From an uncultured virus (IMG/VR IMGVR_UViG_3300042861_002400) (taxonomy: Duplodnaviria; Heunggongvirae; Uroviricota; Caudoviricetes), in IMG/VR virus record IMGVR_UViG_3300042861_002400: a stretch of 29,122 nt of DNA; one strand, 5' to 3'. This document shows positions 23,798 to 29,122 of the stretch, piece by piece (position 1 is the first letter of the stretch; each line of letters starts with the position of its first letter). The notes below the pieces were generated by a model. It saw only the letters and a list, made by a program, of their open reading frames with translations. It did no database searches and was not told the origin of the DNA. A program made the translations under genes and the position numbers.

Positions 23798-25503
23798 TGA
23801 CAGACCAGCAGGAACAGTCCCAACCTATCGGCGGATTCGTCTCGTTGATGGGCGGCGCCCATGCGGGTATCGCCCCCGAGATCCTGACCGAGACGGCCTA
23901 TAGCCGGGGCATCAACGTGAGTTCGCGTGAGGGCCTGGTCAAGACCCGCCCCGGGTTCACTCCCGAGGCGGTAGGGCTGCCGGCGGGCGTTTTCCAGGGC
24001 ATGCTGGCCTGGCACCTCCATTCCGGTTCCCGATTGGTGATCGGGCTTAGTGGTAAACTTGCGGTTTACCTGCCGGACACGGGCGCCCTCCAGACCTTCG
24101 ATACCGATCTGGACCCGACCCAGCCTTTCTATTTCTGCCAAGCCGAACGTTACTTCGTCGTCCAGGACGGGATCCACACCGCCGTCGTTCTGGAGGAGAA
24201 GAACGGGGCGATCCAGCTTCGCCCGGAGCCGCATTCGATCCCGATCGGGACCGCGATGGCCTTCGCCGACGGGCGCCTCCATGTCACCCCGCTCAAGGTC
24301 GGAGAGGAGAATGGCCGCCCGTACCTGCAGAGCGGCGACGTCTTTGACGCGGCCGAACCCTACCGGTGCCTCAACTTCACTGAAGACGGCTACCTCAATG
24401 AGGGCGGCGCCCACGGCGTCCCGGTCGAGAGCGGATACATCTACGCATTCGCGCCCCTGCGGAATGCAGGGACCGGTACCGGCTACGGCAACCTGATCGT
24501 CTTCAGCAAGCGTGGGGTCAGCGCCTACGACATGAGTACCTCGCGGGACGAATGGAAGGACGGCCAGCTGGCCCAAGTGCTCTACTTCGGCCCTGGAACG
24601 AAGAGCCCATGGTCTGTCGTCCCGGTCAATGGCACCCTCCTCTACCGGTCGCTCGACGGCCTGCGCCTGCTGTCCTACGCGGTGACCTCCGCGCAGGATA
24701 CCGGCGGGAACGCTCTCGCCAACGTCCCGCAATCCTCCGAGGTCGGCCCGTACATGACCCGGGACGACCGGTCCTACCTGCCGCGAGTGTCATCTGCGGT
24801 GGCGGACAACCGGGCCTTCATGACCTGCGGCGGCGAGGACGGCGTCTGGTTTAAAGCGGTCATCGTGGCTGATTTCGCGCGCATCTCCTCGATGCAGTCC
24901 CCAGGTACCGAAGCGGCCTACGACGGGATCTGGCAGATCGAGGGACGGCGGTTCGGCGGCGTGTGCGCCTGCCTGCGCGAGGACGAGGAAGCCCTCTACG
25001 CCTACATGGACGACGGCAAGCTGTGGCGCCTCGACCCGGATGCGACCACCGACAACGGGGCGCCCATCCGCAGTCGTCTAATCACCCGGACCCTCCTCCT
25101 GGACTCGCCGAACAACAAACGCCTTTCCCAACTGCAGCTGTGGCTGCGCGGGTTGCTCCATAACACGACCGTGCAGATGTATAGCCGCCCGATGGGCTAC
25201 CCGCTCTGGCAGAACCTGGGGTCGCTCGCCATCAAAATCAAGGAGGGTTCCCTGCCCCAGCGGCGCCGTGCCCTGACGATCAATGTCCCCCGTATGGAGG
25301 CGGCCGCGGATGCGGTGACCGGAGAGTATCTGTCGACTGGCCAGGGGCATCAGTTTGCACTTGAGTGGACGGGTACAGCTGTGGTAGAAATGTTCCGAGT
25401 TCTAGCGGAGTTCGTTGAGGAGCCGGCGTCCAGTCCGTGCGATGAGGAAGAAGCTTTGGCAGTCACCGCCGCGGATGGCGTCACTTTGGGGGAATACCTG
25501 TGA
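23797..25503 (+). CDS. Tail nozzle/stabilisation protein (T7 gp12 / P22 gp10-like, beta-propeller)
   Basis: 568 aa; NV..REG.VKTRPG N-terminal motif; LIVFS, GTKSPWSVV.VNG.LLYRS.DGLR beta-blade motifs; TAATG coupling. Confidence 0.7.
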   Translation: MTDQQEQSQPIGGFVSLMGGAHAGIAPEILTETAYSRGINVSSREGLVKTRPGFTPEAVGLPAGVFQGMLAWHLHSGSRLVIGLSGKLAVYLPDTGALQTFDTDLDPTQPFYFCQAERYFVVQDGIHTAVVLEEKNGAIQLRPEPHSIPIGTAMAFADGRLHVTPLKVGEENGRPYLQSGDVFDAAEPYRCLNFTEDGYLNEGGAHGVPVESGYIYAFAPLRNAGTGTGYGNLIVFSKRGVSAYDMSTSRDEWKDGQLAQVLYFGPGTKSPWSVVPVNGTLLYRSLDGLRLLSYAVTSAQDTGGNALANVPQSSEVGPYMTRDDRSYLPRVSSAVADNRAFMTCGGEDGVWFKAVIVADFARISSMQSPGTEAAYDGIWQIEGRRFGGVCACLREDEEALYAYMDDGKLWRLDPDATTDNGAPIRSRLITRTLLLDSPNNKRLSQLQLWLRGLLHNTTVQMYSRPMGYPLWQNLGSLAIKIKEGSLPQRRRALTINVPRMEAAADAVTGEYLSTGQGHQFALEWTGTAVVEMFRVLAEFVEEPASSPCDEEEALAVTAADGVTLGEYL

Positions 25504-26561
25504 ATCTGATCACCCTCGCCGATGCGCGCACTTTCCTGAAGCCGTTCGTCGATAACGGCTCCTGCAGCATTCCCCTCATTGACTCGCGCATCGCGGAGAT
25601 CGAGGAGCGCCTCTGGCAGGAAGCCGACTGGCGCATGAGCATGCGTCGCTTGCGCGTGCTCGCCCGTAATAATGTGGTCGTCCTCCCGCACAACGTGCTG
25701 CGCGTCTGCGCCGTGAACGTCGACGGTACCCCTGCATCGCTCGCCTCGCAGGCCTATGAGTTCTCCAGCGCAGGACCTGGCGACTTGGACTTCGCAAATA
25801 ATGCCACGATCAATCTCGTCGACCAGGGCGAGTTCCCGACGCAGTTCGACGTCCCCGTCACCCGCGTGAGCGACACCGCCTGGAGCGACGGGCTGTATCT
25901 GATTGCATTCTCCAAGGAGAATGACGACTCTGCCCTTTCGCTCACCGCTTATGGACACGGTTCACTAGGCGACGAGATCCGGACGGGCTCCGACCCGGGC
26001 GAGACAGTCAAGATCAACCGCTGGGCGCACGGTGTCGAGGGAAACATTCTGAACCTCGCGAACCTGCCCCGGTCGGCTTCCAAGTTCCTGTCCGTCTCCC
26101 GCATCATCAAGCCGGTCACCAAGGGGGCAGTCACCCTTTACGCGTACAACCCGACCACCAGCGAGATGTTCCTGCTTTCGAAAATGGAGCCAGAGATCAC
26201 GATCCCCAGCTACCGGCGCTACCGGCTGACCGGGGTCGACGCTCCGTATACGGACAGCACGGGCGTCATCCAGAAGCCTTGCGTCTCCCTGCTGCTCCTC
26301 GTCAAGATGGGCTGGGAGCGCGCCACGCGGCCGGCGGACGTCCTGTTCATCCAGTCGCTGACCGCTCTCAAGCTGATGGCGAAGGCGATCACCGCCGAGA
26401 ACGACGGCCAGGCGCAGAAGGCGCTCGACCTCGAAACCCTCGCCATTCGTAACCTCCAAAAACAGTCCCAGGACCGCGACCAGCAGGTGACCCTGCCGGT
26501 GATCTGGGATGTCAACATCGACACGAGCCTGCGCTCGGTCAACCACGGGTACCTGATCTAA
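25500..26561 (+). CDS. Probable head-tail adaptor / tail tubular protein A-like
   Basis: GTGA overlap; helix-beta-helix layout (MNLITLADAR...ERLWQEADW; C-terminal ALKLMAKA...KAL); synteny. Confidence 0.55.
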   Translation: MNLITLADARTFLKPFVDNGSCSIPLIDSRIAEIEERLWQEADWRMSMRRLRVLARNNVVVLPHNVLRVCAVNVDGTPASLASQAYEFSSAGPGDLDFANNATINLVDQGEFPTQFDVPVTRVSDTAWSDGLYLIAFSKENDDSALSLTAYGHGSLGDEIRTGSDPGETVKINRWAHGVEGNILNLANLPRSASKFLSVSRIIKPVTKGAVTLYAYNPTTSEMFLLSKMEPEITIPSYRRYRLTGVDAPYTDSTGVIQKPCVSLLLLVKMGWERATRPADVLFIQSLTALKLMAKAITAENDGQAQKALDLETLAIRNLQKQSQDRDQQVTLPVIWDVNIDTSLRSVNHGYLI

Positions 26562-26564
26562 GCC

Positions 26565-28208
26565 ATGGGTAAACAGCTATCCAAGGAAGAGATTGCAAAA
26601 GCCGCTCAGGACTTACTGGGCCGGAAGGGCAAGGCTGCGTCCGACGAGACCCTGTACAACATGTACAAGGACATGGACCTCGAGGAGGTCCAGCGCACCT
26701 TCGCCGGATCCGCCGAGGCCCAGCGCGCCGGGATTGATGGCTCCAAGTATGGCGTCAAGTATGTCGACGCGAGCACCCTCGATGATGATGGTAAGAAGCT
26801 GGTCTCCACCTACCAGAAGGTCTACGGCAAGGGCAAGAAGATCCAGATGTCCGAGACCGATTATCGGAACTGGCGCGAGAACGGGTCCGCCGAGCTGATG
26901 GAAGCCGAGGCGAACGGGGATGTCAAGACCCGGATGCAGGATGGGCGGCGCGTCCTGGAGGTCTCGAAGGACGCCTACAAGAAGTACGGCACCAATTTAT
27001 TCACGGGTCTCCACAAGAACGAAGCAGTTCTCGTCGAGAAGGGCGCGGGCTCTGATCTCGAGGGCGTCGACAAGCGATGGCGCCAGAATCCCCGCGGCGT
27101 TGACGCGCAGACCCTCGAGAAATACGAGGTCTGGACGAAGGATCCGAAGGCGCATAGCGGAGCGCTCGGCAGCGTGGTCAAACCGGTGTTCGGAAAGAAG
27201 GCGGCGAATAGTGTCGATCGGGCGGCGGGAACGGTTGCCGCACTGAATCCCGTCAACCCGCTCGCTGATGAGGCCGCGATGATTGGCGGAGGTACTCGGG
27301 GCCAGCAGGAGCGGAGTAAGCGTTTAGTCTCCGGCCTGAAGTCACTCGGTCTCAATGACAAAGACGCGGCTAATGTCCTCCAATACGGGGACATGACTGG
27401 GGACGTCGTCACCTCGATCGGGGCGGCTGTCGGCGATGCTACTTTCTTTGGAGGGATGCCGGTTCTTTCTTCGGTGAACCAGGCCGCGCAAGTTGCGAAG
27501 CGGTCCCAGGTCGGCGATGAAGTCGAGTGGGATAAAGTCGGCCGGGACTTGGCCATCAGTTGGGCAGCAGCGGGCGTTGGGTACGGGCTACAGGAAGCAG
27601 GCACCGCCGCAGCGAACGCACCGAATGCAGCGCGCACCGCGACCGCTCTCAGGGTGGCATCGGGGGCCTGGCGCTTCGGTGGCAGCCAACTTGCTACGTC
27701 TATCGCGCAAGGCGGTAACACTGAGGATCACCTTGTGGCGGCGGGCCGGGGTCTCGTGCTGTCCGCCCTGCCGGACTCTCGTGGTTGGCAGGGCGGGGCG
27801 AGCTTCGCCCTTTCCTACGCTGACGCGAAACGGCGGGGCCTGAGCGATGAAGACGCTGCGATCGGGGCGTCCGCGCAGGCGGCTTCGGCAGCGGTCATGG
27901 CGAGAGGGAAGGCCCCGACGATCGGCCGGCGGGTTGCCGGAATGAAGGCGGGCCTCGCGGGACTGCGCCAGGGATGGGCCGGAAATGTTCCTGACGCCTG
28001 GACTGCGGATCGGCAGGGCGTTACTCGCTCGATGCGGCTTCAGCAGGCCCGAAAGGTACTGGACAAGACTCCGGCGGCGTGGAAAGCATCCCTGCTGCCT
28101 GAGGGTCGTCCTTCACCCGTCGAGAATCTTCTCCGCGGAGGGGTCCCGGTCCCCGCCGATCGAACTGGATACACGGACCGGCTTCGGCCGAGACAAGGAG
28201 CAGCATGA
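26565..28208 (+). CDS. Probable internal virion (ejection) protein
   Basis: 547 aa; Gly/Ala-rich amphipathic helices; position after the tail tube genes. Confidence 0.55.
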   Translation: MGKQLSKEEIAKAAQDLLGRKGKAASDETLYNMYKDMDLEEVQRTFAGSAEAQRAGIDGSKYGVKYVDASTLDDDGKKLVSTYQKVYGKGKKIQMSETDYRNWRENGSAELMEAEANGDVKTRMQDGRRVLEVSKDAYKKYGTNLFTGLHKNEAVLVEKGAGSDLEGVDKRWRQNPRGVDAQTLEKYEVWTKDPKAHSGALGSVVKPVFGKKAANSVDRAAGTVAALNPVNPLADEAAMIGGGTRGQQERSKRLVSGLKSLGLNDKDAANVLQYGDMTGDVVTSIGAAVGDATFFGGMPVLSSVNQAAQVAKRSQVGDEVEWDKVGRDLAISWAAAGVGYGLQEAGTAAANAPNAARTATALRVASGAWRFGGSQLATSIAQGGNTEDHLVAAGRGLVLSALPDSRGWQGGASFALSYADAKRRGLSDEDAAIGASAQAASAAVMARGKAPTIGRRVAGMKAGLAGLRQGWAGNVPDAWTADRQGVTRSMRLQQARKVLDKTPAAWKASLLPEGRPSPVENLLRGGVPVPADRTGYTDRLRPRQGAA

Positions 28209-29122
28209 GCACAAATTCAGACCTCTCGGTGGATCGCTACTACGACGACATGTACACCCCTCCGGGTTACGTCCCCCCGCCGAGTCACGTTCCTCCTTCT
28301 GTGGCGGCGACCTTTTCAGCCCCGCCCCCGATCCCGGCGGCCGAGGTCCCCAAGATCGCGGCTCCAGCGACTCCCGCTGCCGCGGCCCCCGCCGCTGCCC
28401 CCACGTTTGTCGGGGGAGGCTCTCTCTTCGATACCCTGGGCGGGGCCTGGAACTCGGTCTCGAACTGGTTCGGATCTACTGCCCCGGCCAGCGATAATCC
28501 GGGCGCCCTCCCGAGCTATGCGGGCACTGAGATGCGGCTGGGGTTGAACGCTGACCAGACCCTGTCTACGGGCAGCCTATTCAAGTCGTCGTACGGTGGC
28601 GCCGCTTCCCTCGGGATTCGGGGCCTGGATGCCACTGGCATCGCAGACGGCAGCTACAGTGTGGACGCCGTGCGCGAGAATAGCCAGCTCGTTCTGAGGT
28701 CCCCGACCAAACTTTCCGACGGGCAGATCCAATCGAACGGGGTCCTTCGGGTAGTCGGCGGGAAAGCCGAGTTCCTGGCGGGGGCTGGTAATGGCACGAC
28801 CCTTCTGGGCGATCTCAAGTCGACAACCCCTCTTCCGAGCAGCTATACCCTGCCCGGGATGGGCCGAAACGTGGACGGATCGGTCGCAGCCTCTCTGTAC
28901 GAGGCGGGGGCGACAATGGAGTCAACGACCGGCCTGAAGTCAATCAAGCTGGACAAGGTCGACATGCCCTCTGGATGGGTCCGCGATGCATACGACCCGA
29001 AGACGGGCGACGGGATCTTCACGTCCGCCGATTCCAAGACCCCCGGTGCCAAGTACTGGGACAACTCTTCGAAGCTGCTCACAACGAACGAGACCGGCGA
29101 GGACTCCTGGGGCAAGGACGAC
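28205..29122 (+). CDS. Partial CDS running off the window (>306 aa), probable internal virion protein
   Basis: AAGGAG RBS; ATGA overlap; open frame MSTNSDLSVDRYYDDMYTPPGY... to the end of the window; Pro/Ala-rich N-terminus. Confidence 0.75.
   Translation, partial: MSTNSDLSVDRYYDDMYTPPGYVPPPSHVPPSVAATFSAPPPIPAAEVPKIAAPATPAAAAPAAAPTFVGGGSLFDTLGGAWNSVSNWFGSTAPASDNPGALPSYAGTEMRLGLNADQTLSTGSLFKSSYGGAASLGIRGLDATGIADGSYSVDAVRENSQLVLRSPTKLSDGQIQSNGVLRVVGGKAEFLAGAGNGTTLLGDLKSTTPLPSSYTLPGMGRNVDGSVAASLYEAGATMESTTGLKSIKLDKVDMPSGWVRDAYDPKTGDGIFTSADSKTPGAKYWDNSSKLLTTNETGEDSWGKDD

Larger units (their letters stand above)
1..29122 (+). mobile_element. Tailed phage genome segment (podovirus-like morphogenesis module plus upstream accessory genes)
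   Basis: Co-oriented terminase, portal, scaffold, capsid, tail tube-like and ejection-like genes in phage order, plus dense small coupled ORFs. No host housekeeping genes except groES; no integrase seen. Confidence 0.93.

Noticed and set aside
1..29122. tRNA, integrase/att site, introns/inteins or stop-codon recoding
   Set aside because: No cloverleaf, recombinase or intein motifs were recognised; genes end cleanly at TAA, TAG and TGA with tight packing under the standard code.

Overview
A 29 kb segment of a GC-rich tailed dsDNA phage (Caudoviricetes, P22/T7-like podovirus gene set); whether it is free phage or prophage cannot be told. An AT-rich, repeat-bearing non-coding region (about 1-460) and one minus-strand gene come first. 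A sigma70-type promoter then leads into a chain of translationally coupled small genes that includes an intact metacaspase. The morphogenesis module follows: large terminase, portal, LamG protein, a candidate lysis cluster, scaffold, a roof-less GroES, major capsid protein, fibre/decoration genes, two tail tube/nozzle proteins and probable ejection proteins running off the end. The most unusual feature is that about nine late-module genes, several in head-decoration or tail-fibre positions, carry Sec or lipoprotein signal peptides, and most of these are enriched in a T/S-N dipeptide. This suggests exported, possibly host-modified virion accessories. All product calls come from motifs read by eye and gene order; no database search was run.
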